The translations under genes and the position numbers were made by a program. From the NCBI GenBank assembly GCA_900757285.1, contig CAAENI010000299.1, positions 1 through 48,173 of the forward strand: 48,173 nucleotides of DNA, written 5' to 3'. Positions 1 to 8,882 of the stretch are shown piece by piece; position 1 is the first letter of the stretch; every line of letters begins with the position of its first letter. The stretch is from an uncultured Collinsella sp. GTDB taxonomy: Bacteria; Actinomycetota; Coriobacteriia; Coriobacteriales; Coriobacteriaceae. The notes under the pieces are model-generated. The model had not been told where the DNA came from, did not search any database, and worked only from the letters and a program-made list of their open reading frames with translations.

Positions 1-263
1 AATCGGCAGGTGCGATTATATGCGCTCCAAGCATCCAATATATCGAGCAAATGGATGAAAAGCCGGAGGACTACTCACAAGAAGATGATGCAGGGCTTAA
101 TTTGATTGATTTCTATGTTCTTCCGCATTATCTTACAGCACCATTTAAGAAAGTTACCGAGAAAATAATAACTGAGTTTTCGGATTTGAATCTATGCCCA
201 ATTAACAATCGTCAGGGAATTGTAATTGATGGTGAAGGTTCAAAGGTTATTTGCAAAGAGTAA
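1..263 (+). CDS. Peptidase S51 (peptidase E-like, class I glutamine amidotransferase fold), 5'-truncated by window edge
   Basis: Frame open from base 3: SAGAIICAPSIQYIEQMDEKP...LIDFYVLPHY; SAGA nucleophile elbow and LPHY His motif; visibly AT-rich compared with the rest of the window. Confidence 0.8.
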   Translation, partial: SAGAIICAPSIQYIEQMDEKPEDYSQEDDAGLNLIDFYVLPHYLTAPFKKVTEKIITEFSDLNLCPINNRQGIVIDGEGSKVICKE

Positions 264-271
264 TTTAAAAT

Positions 272-283
272 TCCAGTATGCTG
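272..283 (+). repeat. 12-bp direct repeat TCCAGTATGCTG, left copy (candidate att core or target duplication)
   Basis: Identical to 826..837. Confidence 0.75.
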
Positions 284-302
284 CACTCGTTCCTAGCAGG
301 GT

Positions 303-322
303 TTGGGGCAGGCACGCCCCAA
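303..322. other. Hairpin TTGGGGC-AGGCAC-GCCCCAA, possibly oriT-associated
   Basis: 7-bp inverted repeat seen directly; the oriT interpretation is inference only. Confidence 0.3.
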
Positions 323-349
323 CAAGAAGCCGTCCCAAAGGGGCAAGAA

Positions 350-600
350 TGGGGACTGCGGACGATTTCTTGGACCGTTACGCGGCCCTTCCCAGCGCGG
401 AGCGGAACTCGGCCGGGGTGCGGCCACCGAGCGCATCGCTGCGCCTCTCCGTATTGTATCGGCCGATCCAGCCCCCGAGTTCCTCGATGAAGCGGGCGGG
501 GGTCCAGTCCGACCAGTCCCTGCCGTGCCAGAACTCCTTCTTGAGCAGGCCGAAGAAGCCCTCCATCGCCGCGTTGTCCGGGCTGCAGCCCTTGGCGGAC
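350..600 (-). mobile_element. IS3-family remnant: transposase C-terminus and right terminal inverted repeat
   Basis: Minus-strand SAKGCSPDNAAMEGFFGLLKKE...YNTERRSDALGGRTP (catalytic Glu region of the DDE motif), stop at 378-380, followed by CGGTCCAAGAAATCGTCCGCAGTCCCCA ending in CA at 350. Confidence 0.85.
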
Positions 601-712
601 TGGATTGGCTACGCTGATGTGGACAGTTCCGGGAGAGGCGCAAGAGACGGGAAGGCCGTGTGCGCGTTCCTGCGCGAGGGTCGTGGGGAGGGGCTGCATG
701 GGTACGGCGCCT

Positions 713-853
713 GTCAACTCGGTCTACGTCTTTGATGACCGGGTCGTACTCAATATCAACTTCACGGATGATGCCAAAACGGTCACCCGTGAGGAAGTGT
801 TGGGTTCGAGTGCTGTGGACAATGCTCCAGTATGCTGGGATCGAACTCGCTAG
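713..853 (+). pseudogene. C-terminal fragment resembling a large serine recombinase
   Basis: VNSVYVFDDRVVLNINFTDDAKTVTREEVLGSSAVDNAP resembles the tail of large serine recombinases of gut-bacterial integrative elements; no catalytic N-terminus present. Confidence 0.55.
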
Positions 854-1274
854 CCGGAATCACACGGTACCCGTGACGCAGCAGCAGATCGACAAAAACA
901 CCATTGCCCACAGTGAGCGTGCCGCTAAAGGTGCCATCGTAGACGCGACCCGCTCCGCACGAGGGGCTACGGTCCTGTAAGACGCACGCAGCGATCTCGG
1001 ACGGGCCGCCCGCCTGCTCGCACATATCGAGCGCGCGCTGAGCACCCTGGCGAAACTCGCGATCGACCGAGATGCCCTCGCAGGTACAAACCTCGCCATT
1101 CACAATCTCGGACGGCTTGCGCGGTGTGGGCAAGCCGCCAAAAACCTCGGGACACACCAACAGGACCTCGGTCCCTGTGCGTTCGCAGGCCTCGACCAAC
1201 GCGCGATGGTAATTGTCGAGCCCGTTATATTTGCAGCTCTCTCCCATCAAGCAGGCACTCACCACGATCTTCAT
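783..1274 (-). CDS. DUF523 / 2-thiouracil desulfurase family protein
   Basis: MKIVVSACLMG..CKYNG, VCPEVFGGLPTPR, LQDRSPSCG, YDGTFSG motifs; GGGAGGG RBS at 1281-1287. Confidence 0.9.
   Translation of the reverse strand: MKIVVSACLMGESCKYNGLDNYHRALVEACERTGTEVLLVCPEVFGGLPTPRKPSEIVNGEVCTCEGISVDREFRQGAQRALDMCEQAGGPSEIAACVLQDRSPSCGAGRVYDGTFSGTLTVGNGVFVDLLLRHGYRVIPASEFDPSILEHCPQHSNPTLPHG
826..837 (+). repeat. 12-bp direct repeat TCCAGTATGCTG, right copy, inside the 3' end of the DUF523 gene
   Basis: Identical to 272..283. Confidence 0.75.
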
Positions 1275-1293
1275 ACATATCCCTCCCAAACAA

Positions 1294-1330
1294 AACGCCC
1301 CATTTGAGATAGAAACTCAAATGGGGCGTT
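1294..1330 (-). terminator. Intrinsic terminator after ftsH
   Basis: 15-bp perfect stem AACGCCCCATTTGAG/CTCAAATGGGGCGTT with a T-rich tail on the minus strand. Confidence 0.8.
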
Positions 1331-1349
1331 CGACGTTGTGCAACCAGCC

Positions 1350-3257
1350 TTACTGCTGCTTTGGCATCAGCGGATTCTCGCGCGTGAGGAGATTCATGAA
1401 CTCCTCGCCCGTGATCGTCTCCTTCTTGTACAGATAACGAGCCAGCTCATGGAGCTTAAACTTGTTTTCCTTCAGGATCTGCAGGGCGCGGTCATGTGCG
1501 TCCTCGATCAGCTTGGCGACGATCGCGTCGACGCGCTCGGCCGTACCGGGGGCACAGGTGAGCGACGTGTCCTGGTTGAGGTAGGCATTCTGAACGGTAC
1601 CGAGCGCCATCATGCCAAACTCTTCCGACATACCAAAGCGCGTCACCATGTTGCGGGCGAGCTTGGTGGCCTGCTCGATATCATTGGCCGCGCCAGTCGT
1701 CATCTCACCAAAGATGAGCTCCTCGGCAGCACGTCCGCCGCAGTAGACAGCGAGCTTGTCGAGCACCTCCTGGCGCGTGGTCAAGAAGCGCTCGTCCTCC
1801 TCGACCTGCATGGTGTAGCCCAGAGCACCGCTCGTACGCGGCACGATGGTGATCTTCGTAACCGGCGCAGAACCCTTCTGGCGGGCGGCAACGACGGCAT
1901 GGCCGATCTCGTGATAGGACACGACCTGTTTCTCGTGATCGGACAGCACCGTGGACTTACGCTGCTGGCCGGCGATGACGACCTCCACCGACTCCTCGAA
2001 GTCGTCCTGGGTTGCACGCTTGCGACCCTCGCGAACGGCGCGCAGGGCGCCCTCGTTGATGATATTGGCCAGGTCGGCGCCCGAGGCTCCGGGCGTGGCG
2101 CGGGCAATCGCGGTCAGATCGATCGGCGGCTCGGTCTTCACACTCTTGGCGTGAAGCTCGAGGATGTTCTTGCGGCCGGTCAGGTCGGGCAGCTCAACGG
2201 GGATGCGGCGGTCAAAACGACCGGGGCGCAGCAGAGCGGGATCGAGGCTGTCAGGACGGTTGGTGGCAGCGAGGACGACGATACCCTTGTGGTTGTCGAA
2301 GCCATCCATCTCGGTCAGCAGCTGGTTGAGCGTTTGCTCACGCTCGTCGTTGCCGCTAAAGCCGCCACCGTCACGCTTTTTGCCGATGGTATCAATCTCA
2401 TCGATAAATACGATACAGGGGGCCTTTTCCTTAGCCTGCTTAAACAGGTCGCGCACCTTGGCGGCGCCACGGCCGACGAACATCTCGACGAACTCAGAGC
2501 CCGAAATGCTAAAGAACGGTACGCCCGCCTCGCCGGCAACAGCCTTGGCAAGCAGGGTCTTACCAGTGCCAGGAGGGCCCACGAGAAGAGCACCGCGCGG
2601 CAGCTTGGCGCCGATTTCCTCATAGCGCTGCGGCTTCTCCAGAAAGTCGACGACCTCCTTCAGGGATTCCTTGGCCTCTTCCTGACCAGCAACATCCTTA
2701 AAGGTCACGCCAACATCCTTGGAGGCGATAACGCGCGCACCGGACTTACCCAGACCGCCGCCGCCAAAGCCGCCGCCACCAAAATTCATGGACGGGCCGT
2801 CATCGCCCATGGCCTTCTTCATACGGCGGTTGAGCCACCAGCCGATGAGGAAGAAAATCGCCATGGGAAGGACGAGCGTGAGCAAGTAGTAAGTCATCAG
2901 GCCCGAGTTCTTATCGGGAACCACCGACTCCAGCGAGGCGCCGGCCTCGAGCACGCGATCGGTAAAGCCCGTGTCACTCGGCACGCCGGTCGTCTTGTAG
3001 GCGATGTTCTCGTCCTCGCCCTTCTTGGTGTAATAAATCGAGTAATCGTCCGTGTTGTACTCGACCTTGTCGACACTCTTCTTATCGAGCGCTTTGACAA
3101 ACGTCGAATAATCGGTCTTCGTAATCTGCTGCGTGTGACCGATGTTGGGGAACAGAACGGTCGAGAGCACGAGGTAGACGACGAAGGCGATGAGCACGTA
3201 GAGGATCATATTCCGTCTACGTTTGTTGTCATCCATCTCCATCTGCTTGAACTCCAT
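1350..3257 (-). CDS. ftsH: ATP-dependent zinc metalloprotease FtsH
   Basis: Two N-terminal TM segments, Walker A GPPGTGKT, Walker [26 protein letters not shown] zinc motif. Confidence 0.97.
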   Translation of the reverse strand: MEFKQMEMDDNKRRRNMILYVLIAFVVYLVLSTVLFPNIGHTQQITKTDYSTFVKALDKKSVDKVEYNTDDYSIYYTKKGEDENIAYKTTGVPSDTGFTDRVLEAGASLESVVPDKNSGLMTYYLLTLVLPMAIFFLIGWWLNRRMKKAMGDDGPSMNFGGGGFGGGGLGKSGARVIASKDVGVTFKDVAGQEEAKESLKEVVDFLEKPQRYEEIGAKLPRGALLVGPPGTGKTLLAKAVAGEAGVPFFSISGSEFVEMFVGRGAAKVRDLFKQAKEKAPCIVFIDEIDTIGKKRDGGGFSGNDEREQTLNQLLTEMDGFDNHKGIVVLAATNRPDSLDPALLRPGRFDRRIPVELPDLTGRKNILELHAKSVKTEPPIDLTAIARATPGASGADLANIINEGALRAVREGRKRATQDDFEESVEVVIAGQQRKSTVLSDHEKQVVSYHEIGHAVVAARQKGSAPVTKITIVPRTSGALGYTMQVEEDERFLTTRQEVLDKLAVYCGGRAAEELIFGEMTTGAANDIEQATKLARNMVTRFGMSEEFGMMALGTVQNAYLNQDTSLTCAPGTAERVDAIVAKLIEDAHDRALQILKENKFKLHELARYLYKKETITGEEFMNLLTRENPLMPKQQ

Positions 3258-3334
3258 CTACTGGGGTTGATAATGCTAACTAGAATACCCAACCCGGCCG
3301 GCGATAAACCGACGCCGGGCACGAAAGAATAGAG

Positions 3335-3820
3335 ATGGCATCACTCGAAGTCGGCAAGGTTCAGATCTATACGGGCGACGGCAAGGGCAAGACGACGGCT
3401 GCGCTGGGGCTCGCACTGCGCGCCACGGGCTATGGACTTAACGTGCTCATGCTTCAGTTTGCCAAGAAGCTACACTGCGCCGAACATGACGCAGCACCTC
3501 GATTGGGGCTACGCATCGTACAAGCCGACCGCGACACGCCCGAAGCCTGTGCCGCACAGATCATGGAGCTGGCGCGCGAGCAGATTAGCCAAGTTGACGT
3601 GCTGATATTGGATGAACTGGGAGAAGCCATGCGACGGGGGTTTGTGACGCGCGAAGATGTCGAAGCGTTGATCGCGATGAAACCAACCACCACGGAGCTC
3701 GTGCTCACCGGCCGCGGTCTGCTGCCCCTCGCCGATCTGGCAGACCTGGTCACCGAAATGCGCCCCGTCAAACACTACTTCGACAAAGGCCTCCTAGCCC
3801 GCCAAGGCATCGAATACTAA
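3335..3820 (+). CDS. cobO: Cob(I)yrinic acid a,c-diamide adenosyltransferase (CobO/BtuR family)
   Basis: YTGDGKGKTTAALG, LILDE, ELVLTGR, ADLVTEM...KHYF...GIEY. Confidence 0.92.
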   Translation: MASLEVGKVQIYTGDGKGKTTAALGLALRATGYGLNVLMLQFAKKLHCAEHDAAPRLGLRIVQADRDTPEACAAQIMELAREQISQVDVLILDELGEAMRRGFVTREDVEALIAMKPTTTELVLTGRGLLPLADLADLVTEMRPVKHYFDKGLLARQGIEY

Positions 3821-3907
3821 ATGATCCGTAGGGGACGGAGGAAAACGGATCATTTTGCCTTATCGCCAGGTCAATGATCCGTTTTCCTCCGTCCCCTACG
3901 GATCATT
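3820..3907. repeat. Perfect 35-bp inverted repeat with 18-bp spacer; each arm has its own 10-bp terminal inverted repeat (REPIN/MITE-like)
   Basis: 3820-3854 AATGATCCGTAGGGGACGGAGGAAAACGGATCATT is the exact reverse complement of 3873-3907; fills the gap between two convergent stop codons. Confidence 0.9.
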
Positions 3908-5255
3908 AGGCGGTGGCGCGGCCGAGCCAGTTGCCGCTGTGATGGTAGACGGTAAACATCGTGGCGGTGATTACCCAGGTAACGGGGTAGACCAGCAGCA
4001 GATGCTCGAGCGAGGGGTCGAGCGGCATAATCGCGAACACCCACGCCACGCGGAGCACGACCGTGCCGAAGATCGTGAGCATCATAGGTTGGAAGCTCAC
4101 GCCAGCGCCGCGGATGGAGCCAGACGCGTTTTCGATAATCGAGAAGATCGCGTAGAACGGCGCGATGAAATGAAGAATCGTCGTGGTGTAGGCCGAAATT
4201 GCGGCATCGTCGATAAACAGACGCGACAACGGACCCGAGAACACAAGCAGCACGGCAGACAGGCCACCAATGAGCATAAACGACAGCACGAGCGACGTGT
4301 GATATCCCTTTCGCATGCGATCGTAATTGCGCGCACCAAAGTTCTGCGCCGAGAACGTGGTGATCGACACGCCAAGCGCCTCGGTCACCATCCAGACAAT
4401 GCCATCCAAACGGCCCGAAAGACCCCACGCCGTGGTGACATCGGCACCAAACGAGTTGACCGACACCTGAATCAAAACGTTGGAAATCGAATACGCAGCA
4501 GACTGAAAGCCAAGCGGCAGACCACACGAGATCATGCTCTTACAAATGCCAGGATCAATGCAGAGTTTGGACAGTGAAAGCCGCCACGCACCCGGAGCGT
4601 GCATCATACGAATCACGATCATCGTGGCGTTGGAGCAAATGGTCAGCGCCACCGCGATGCCGCAGCCCAGAGCCTCCATATGAAGCACGGCAACGAAGAT
4701 GACATCCAGCACCGCATTAACAAGGCAGCCGGAAGCAATGATCACAGCGGGACCGCGTGTGTCGCCCACGGCGCGCAGCAGCGCCGTTCCCATATTGAGC
4801 AGCAGCGCCGCAACCATGGCGGCAAAATAGCAACGAGCATAGGCCACGCCCTCGGCCAATAGTTCATGCGGCGTGTTCATAAGTACCAGCATGGGCTCAA
4901 CGAACACTATGCAAAGAATCGAGAAAACGATACCGCCCACCAGCGCGAGCGTCATGGCCGTATGGACCGAACGACTCAATCGCTCATCATCGTGCTGACC
5001 AAAATACTGACCGGTAATGACCGCGCAGCCAGCGCCAACGCCAACGCAAAAGCCAATGCAGAGCTCGGTGAGCACCATCGTGGCTTGAATGCCACCCAGC
5101 GCGAGCTTGCCGCCAAACTGGCCGACGATATACGTACCAATAAGCGTGTAAGCCTGCTGAAAAAACGAGCTAAAGAAGATAGGGACGCACAGCGACAGCA
5201 GCTGTTGCCAAATGACACCCTGCGTTACATCGATAGCCGTAGATTTCTTAGCCAC
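3906..5255 (-). CDS. MATE family efflux transporter
   Basis: Multiple TM segments, two-repeat architecture (QYFG / QNFGA, LRAVGDT / IRGAG); GTG start with GGGGAGGG RBS. Confidence 0.92.
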   Translation of the reverse strand: MAKKSTAIDVTQGVIWQQLLSLCVPIFFSSFFQQAYTLIGTYIVGQFGGKLALGGIQATMVLTELCIGFCVGVGAGCAVITGQYFGQHDDERLSRSVHTAMTLALVGGIVFSILCIVFVEPMLVLMNTPHELLAEGVAYARCYFAAMVAALLLNMGTALLRAVGDTRGPAVIIASGCLVNAVLDVIFVAVLHMEALGCGIAVALTICSNATMIVIRMMHAPGAWRLSLSKLCIDPGICKSMISCGLPLGFQSAAYSISNVLIQVSVNSFGADVTTAWGLSGRLDGIVWMVTEALGVSITTFSAQNFGARNYDRMRKGYHTSLVLSFMLIGGLSAVLLVFSGPLSRLFIDDAAISAYTTTILHFIAPFYAIFSIIENASGSIRGAGVSFQPMMLTIFGTVVLRVAWVFAIMPLDPSLEHLLLVYPVTWVITATMFTVYHHSGNWLGRATA

Positions 5256-5380
5256 ACGCCCTCCCCACCAGCGTACGTCAAACAACAAAACGGCAATTTA
5301 AGACCAAAGCCAATACCAGCTTAGCACCGACCGACGTCGGCCGAAACGCCCCGAACCAGAGCCCGGTGCTAACTATCTGC

Positions 5381-6295
5381 CTAGTGATACAGCCCCGGCT
5401 GGTAGTGATACTCGTTGCTCACGTGCGGGCACAGCTGCCAAAAGGCGACGGCACTCGCCGCGGCCACGTTGAGCGAATCGACCCCGTGCGCCATCGGAAT
5501 GCGCACGGCCCGGTCACAACCCGCGATGGTCTTGGCGCCCAGGCCGGCACCCTCGGTGCCCATAAAGATCGCCAGGCGATCAATCTCCTGCAGCACGGGA
5601 TCGTCCAGCGAAACGGAGTCATCCGTCAACGCCATGGCGGCACAGGAAAATCCAGAATTGTGCAGCGCAGCCAGGCCATCATGCGGCCATACGCGCGCCT
5701 CGCTGCCAATGCGCGTCCAGGGCACCTGGAACACCGTGCCCATGCTCACACGAGCCGAGCGACGATACAGTGGATCGCAGCACGTAGGGCTCACCAGAAT
5801 GCCGTCGACATTGAGCGCGGCAGCCGAACGGAAAATTGCGCCCACGTTCGTGTGGTCGACAATACCCTCGAGCACGCATACGCGCACTGGGCGCTCCCCC
5901 GCCACCTCGACGACGCCGCCCAAGAACTCATCAACCGGAATCTGACGCGGGCGACGGAACGCCGCGAGCGCACCGCGAGTCACGTTAAAGCCCGTCAACT
6001 GCTCCATGAGTTCCATGGAGGCCACGAACACGGGAACCGGGCCGGCGCCCTCGCACACAACCAGGCGCTCAAACAGCGGCATCATTTGATCGAGCCAGCG
6101 TTCGCCCAAAAGAAAGCTCACCGGCTGGTATCCGGCGCGAACCGCACGCTCGATGACCTTGGCACTCTCGGCGATAAAAATGCCCTTCTGCGGCTCCAGC
6201 ACGCAGCGAAGCTCACGCTCGGTCAGTCGCACGTAGGCATCGAGCCGCTCGTCCTCGAGAGAATCGATTCGCAGCACCTCAACGGCATCAGTCAT
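5381..6295 (-). CDS. TrmH/SpoU family RNA methyltransferase
   Basis: LEGIVDHTNVGAIFRSA, MGTEGAGL, RIPMAHGVDSLNVAAA SPOUT motifs. Confidence 0.92.
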   Translation of the reverse strand: MTDAVEVLRIDSLEDERLDAYVRLTERELRCVLEPQKGIFIAESAKVIERAVRAGYQPVSFLLGERWLDQMMPLFERLVVCEGAGPVPVFVASMELMEQLTGFNVTRGALAAFRRPRQIPVDEFLGGVVEVAGERPVRVCVLEGIVDHTNVGAIFRSAAALNVDGILVSPTCCDPLYRRSARVSMGTVFQVPWTRIGSEARVWPHDGLAALHNSGFSCAAMALTDDSVSLDDPVLQEIDRLAIFMGTEGAGLGAKTIAGCDRAVRIPMAHGVDSLNVAAASAVAFWQLCPHVSNEYHYQPGLYH

Positions 6296-6404
6296 AGCAG
6301 CCAGCCCGCACCCTTCTTTACAGCGCATCTATACCAAACGAGGCGACGCTAAGCGCCGCCCCATGCATTCAAACAACCCGATGATACCGTTCACGCCAGA
6401 CGAT

Positions 6405-6923
6405 TTACGCCTCAACGCGACGATACGTCACGAACTCATAATCGACACCCTCGTCTCCCTCGCCCGAGGCAATCGTGGCAACACCGTCACGCCGCGCAAT
6501 CTCCCACGCGGGATCGGCATCCAAATCGGGAAAGTACGTATCCACGTCATGCACGCAATGGTTATGCGTAACCTCGGCCTCCACGCAATACGGCAAAAAC
6601 TGTCGATATACCTCGCCGCCGCCGATTACCCAGGCAACGGGTTCATCGGCAACCGCGGCAAGCGCCTCGTCGATACTATGCACCACGTCGACGCCCTCGG
6701 GAGCAAAGTCCTCATCGCGCGTGAGCACGATATTGCGGCGGTTCTTGAGCGGACGTCCGCCGGGATAACTCAGCAGCGTCTTGCGTCCCATAATGACCGG
6801 GCAACCTTTGGTACACGCCACAAAATGGCGCATGTCGGCGCGATTGGACACGACCATGTCACCCTCGCACCCAATGCCCCAATCGTCACACACGGCGACA
6901 ATGGCAGAAAGCTTACACCTCAT
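6405..6923 (-). CDS. folA: Dihydrofolate reductase
   Basis: WGIG, VIMGRKT, PLKNRRNIVLTR, VIGGGEVY, DTYFP; directly downstream of thyA. Confidence 0.95.
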   Translation of the reverse strand: MRCKLSAIVAVCDDWGIGCEGDMVVSNRADMRHFVACTKGCPVIMGRKTLLSYPGGRPLKNRRNIVLTRDEDFAPEGVDVVHSIDEALAAVADEPVAWVIGGGEVYRQFLPYCVEAEVTHNHCVHDVDTYFPDLDADPAWEIARRDGVATIASGEGDEGVDYEFVTYRRVEA

Positions 6924-6932
6924 GCGCGTCAC

Positions 6933-7781
6933 CTACACCGCAATGGGGATGTTCTTGACCTGAGGGCCGTGCTCATAGCCCTCGACGATCAGATCATCGG
7001 TCGTAAACGCATAGAAGTCATGCACATCGGGGTTGAGCGTTACCTTGGGCGCAGCAAACTGCGGACGCTCAATAAGCTCGCGAACGATATCGACATGACG
7101 GTCGTAAATGTGGGCATCGGCAATCACATGCAGCAGCTCGCCAGCGATCATATCGACCGACTGCGCGACCATCATCAGCAAAATGGCGTACTGGCACACA
7201 TTCCAGTTGTTCGCAGCCAAAATATCCTGGCTGCGCTGGTTGAGAATCATGTTGAGCGTCGGTTTATCATCCTGCGGACGCTGCGTCACGTTATACGTCA
7301 CGCTGTAAGCACACGGATACAGGTGCATCTCGGACAGGTCGCTAAACACATAGGTGTTCGTCATAATGCGGCGGCTGTACGGCGTGTTCTTAAGGTCGTA
7401 CAGCACGCGATCCATCTGGTCAAAGTCGCCCTCGGCATAATGGCTCTTCTGCCCAATCTGATACCCGTAGGCCTTGCCGATGGAGCCAGTCTCGTCGGCC
7501 CACTCGTCCCAAATATGGCTGTTGAGGTCATGCACGTTATTGGACTTCTTTTGATAGATCCATAGGATCTCATCCATGGCAGATTTGAGGGCCGTACGAC
7601 GCAAGGTAAGCGCCGGAAACTCCTCACGTAGGTCATAGCGTGCCGTGACACCAAAGTTTTTAATGGTATAGGCAGGGGTGCCATCCTCCCACACCGGGCG
7701 GACCTTTTGGCCCTCGGTGGTGGTGCCATGGTCCAGAATATCGCGGCACATGGTTACAAAGTGTTGATCAGCCTTGCTCAT
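6933..7781 (-). CDS. thyA: Thymidylate synthase
   Basis: SRRI, LYPC catalytic Cys, QRSQD, DAHIYDRH; GGAGG RBS at 7786-7790. Confidence 0.96.
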   Translation of the reverse strand: MSKADQHFVTMCRDILDHGTTTEGQKVRPVWEDGTPAYTIKNFGVTARYDLREEFPALTLRRTALKSAMDEILWIYQKKSNNVHDLNSHIWDEWADETGSIGKAYGYQIGQKSHYAEGDFDQMDRVLYDLKNTPYSRRIMTNTYVFSDLSEMHLYPCAYSVTYNVTQRPQDDKPTLNMILNQRSQDILAANNWNVCQYAILLMMVAQSVDMIAGELLHVIADAHIYDRHVDIVRELIERPQFAAPKVTLNPDVHDFYAFTTDDLIVEGYEHGPQVKNIPIAV

Positions 7782-7916
7782 TGACCCTCCTGTCAGTCGC
7801 CTAAAAGCGAGATTCATTGTATCCCAGGCGCGCAGTGTCGGATTGGACACTTGGGTCGGCACACGCAATGCGCGGCAGCCAGCACCCCCACAATCGCAGA
7901 CGTAACAACTTTGAAT

Positions 7917-7984
7917 TTCTGACATATGCTAAAAAAGCTTGCGCGGAACCGCATACACGCTATCCTATTACTGACATATGTCAG
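7917..7984 (+). promoter_or_regulatory. Putative promoter (TTGCGC-16-TATCCT) flanked by two CTGACATATG operator-like palindromes
   Basis: Perfect palindrome CTGACATATGTCAG at 7971-7984 and imperfect copy TTCTGACATATGCTAAAA at 7917-7934. Confidence 0.6.
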
Positions 7985-7997
7985 ATTTGGAGAGAGT

Positions 7998-8762
7998 GTG
8001 GCAGGAAGACGCGAAAAATTACGCCGTGTTGGGATCATCCCCGAATATCGCGGCTTTACCCCCGACGGCCTTGCCAGCGGAGACGCCATCGAGATGACGG
8101 TCGATGAGCTCGAAGTACTGCGCCTGTGCGACCTGGAAGGCCTCAATCAGAAGGCCGTCGCCCAGCACATGGGCATCGCCCGCGCCACCGTGGCGGCCAT
8201 CTGCAGCCGCGCACATCGCAAGGTGGCAAACGCGCTGGTCAACGGGCGGGCGCTCGTCATCGAGGGCGGCAATATCGCGTACTCCCCCATCACCGCAACG
8301 ACGGCCGCATGGCCAGCAAAGGAGGTCGACACCATGAGGGTGGCAACCACGTACGACAACGGCAACATCTTTATGCACTTTGGCCGCAGCGAGCAGTTCA
8401 AGATCTACGACATTCAGGATGGCAAGGTACTCAACGAGCAGGTCGTGGGCACCGACGGCACCGGTCACGGTGCCCTTGCGGGCCTGCTCGCCAACGGTGG
8501 CGTGGACACGCTCATCTGCGGCGGCATCGGCGGTGGCGCCATCAACGCGCTTGCCCAAGCCGGCATCACGGTGTACGCAGGAGCTCAGGGCAGCTGCGAC
8601 GCTTGTGTCGAGGCCCTTATCGCCGGAACGCTCGCACAGAACGGCGAGGCCACGTGCGGCTGCCACGGCCATGACCACGACCACGCCCACGAACATGGCG
8701 AGTCCTGCAGCTGCCACGGCCATCACGAGCACGAGGGCCACGAGGGCTGCGGCTGCCACTAA
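7998..8762 (+). CDS. DUF134 HTH domain fused to NifB/NifX (FeMo-cofactor-binding family) domain, with His/Cys-rich tail
   Basis: DELEVLRLCDLEGLNQ..VAQHMGIARAT (DUF134); HFGRSEQF, LICGGIGGGA (NifX-like); tail CGCHGHDHDHAHEH...GCGCH; GTG start after GGAGAG. Confidence 0.88.
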   Translation: MAGRREKLRRVGIIPEYRGFTPDGLASGDAIEMTVDELEVLRLCDLEGLNQKAVAQHMGIARATVAAICSRAHRKVANALVNGRALVIEGGNIAYSPITATTAAWPAKEVDTMRVATTYDNGNIFMHFGRSEQFKIYDIQDGKVLNEQVVGTDGTGHGALAGLLANGGVDTLICGGIGGGAINALAQAGITVYAGAQGSCDACVEALIAGTLAQNGEATCGCHGHDHDHAHEHGESCSCHGHHEHEGHEGCGCH

Positions 8763-8824
8763 CGGCACTGCACCGCGAGCTCGGGGCGCGACGCTGAACG
8801 CAGCCCAACTATCAAAGCCAACAA

Positions 8825-8858
8825 CAAAGGCCACCCGGTAGCTTCCGAGTGGCCTTTG
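8825..8858. terminator. Probable bidirectional terminator between the DUF134 gene and ffh
   Basis: CAAAGGCCAC...GTGGCCTTTG stem between convergent genes. Confidence 0.7.
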
Positions 8859-8882
8859 CCATATCAAGCTGGAATTACAGTC

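Noticed and set aside
226..735. ORFs 226-735, 265-717 and 303-617 as real genes
   Set aside because: Chimeric frames running across mobile-element fragments
801..830. tRNA 3'-end fragment (GGTTCGAGT...CTCCA)
   Set aside because: The T-arm stem cannot form and there is no CCA; the resemblance is too weak to call
7782..7925. Cys-rich N-terminal extension of ThyA, or a folate riboswitch
   Set aside because: A strong RBS precedes the ATG at 7781, so the upstream frame is untranslated; no THF or ZTP riboswitch consensus is visible
7998..8762. Nitrogen fixation gene
   Set aside because: NifX-like domains are common in non-diazotrophic anaerobes and no nif genes are present in the window
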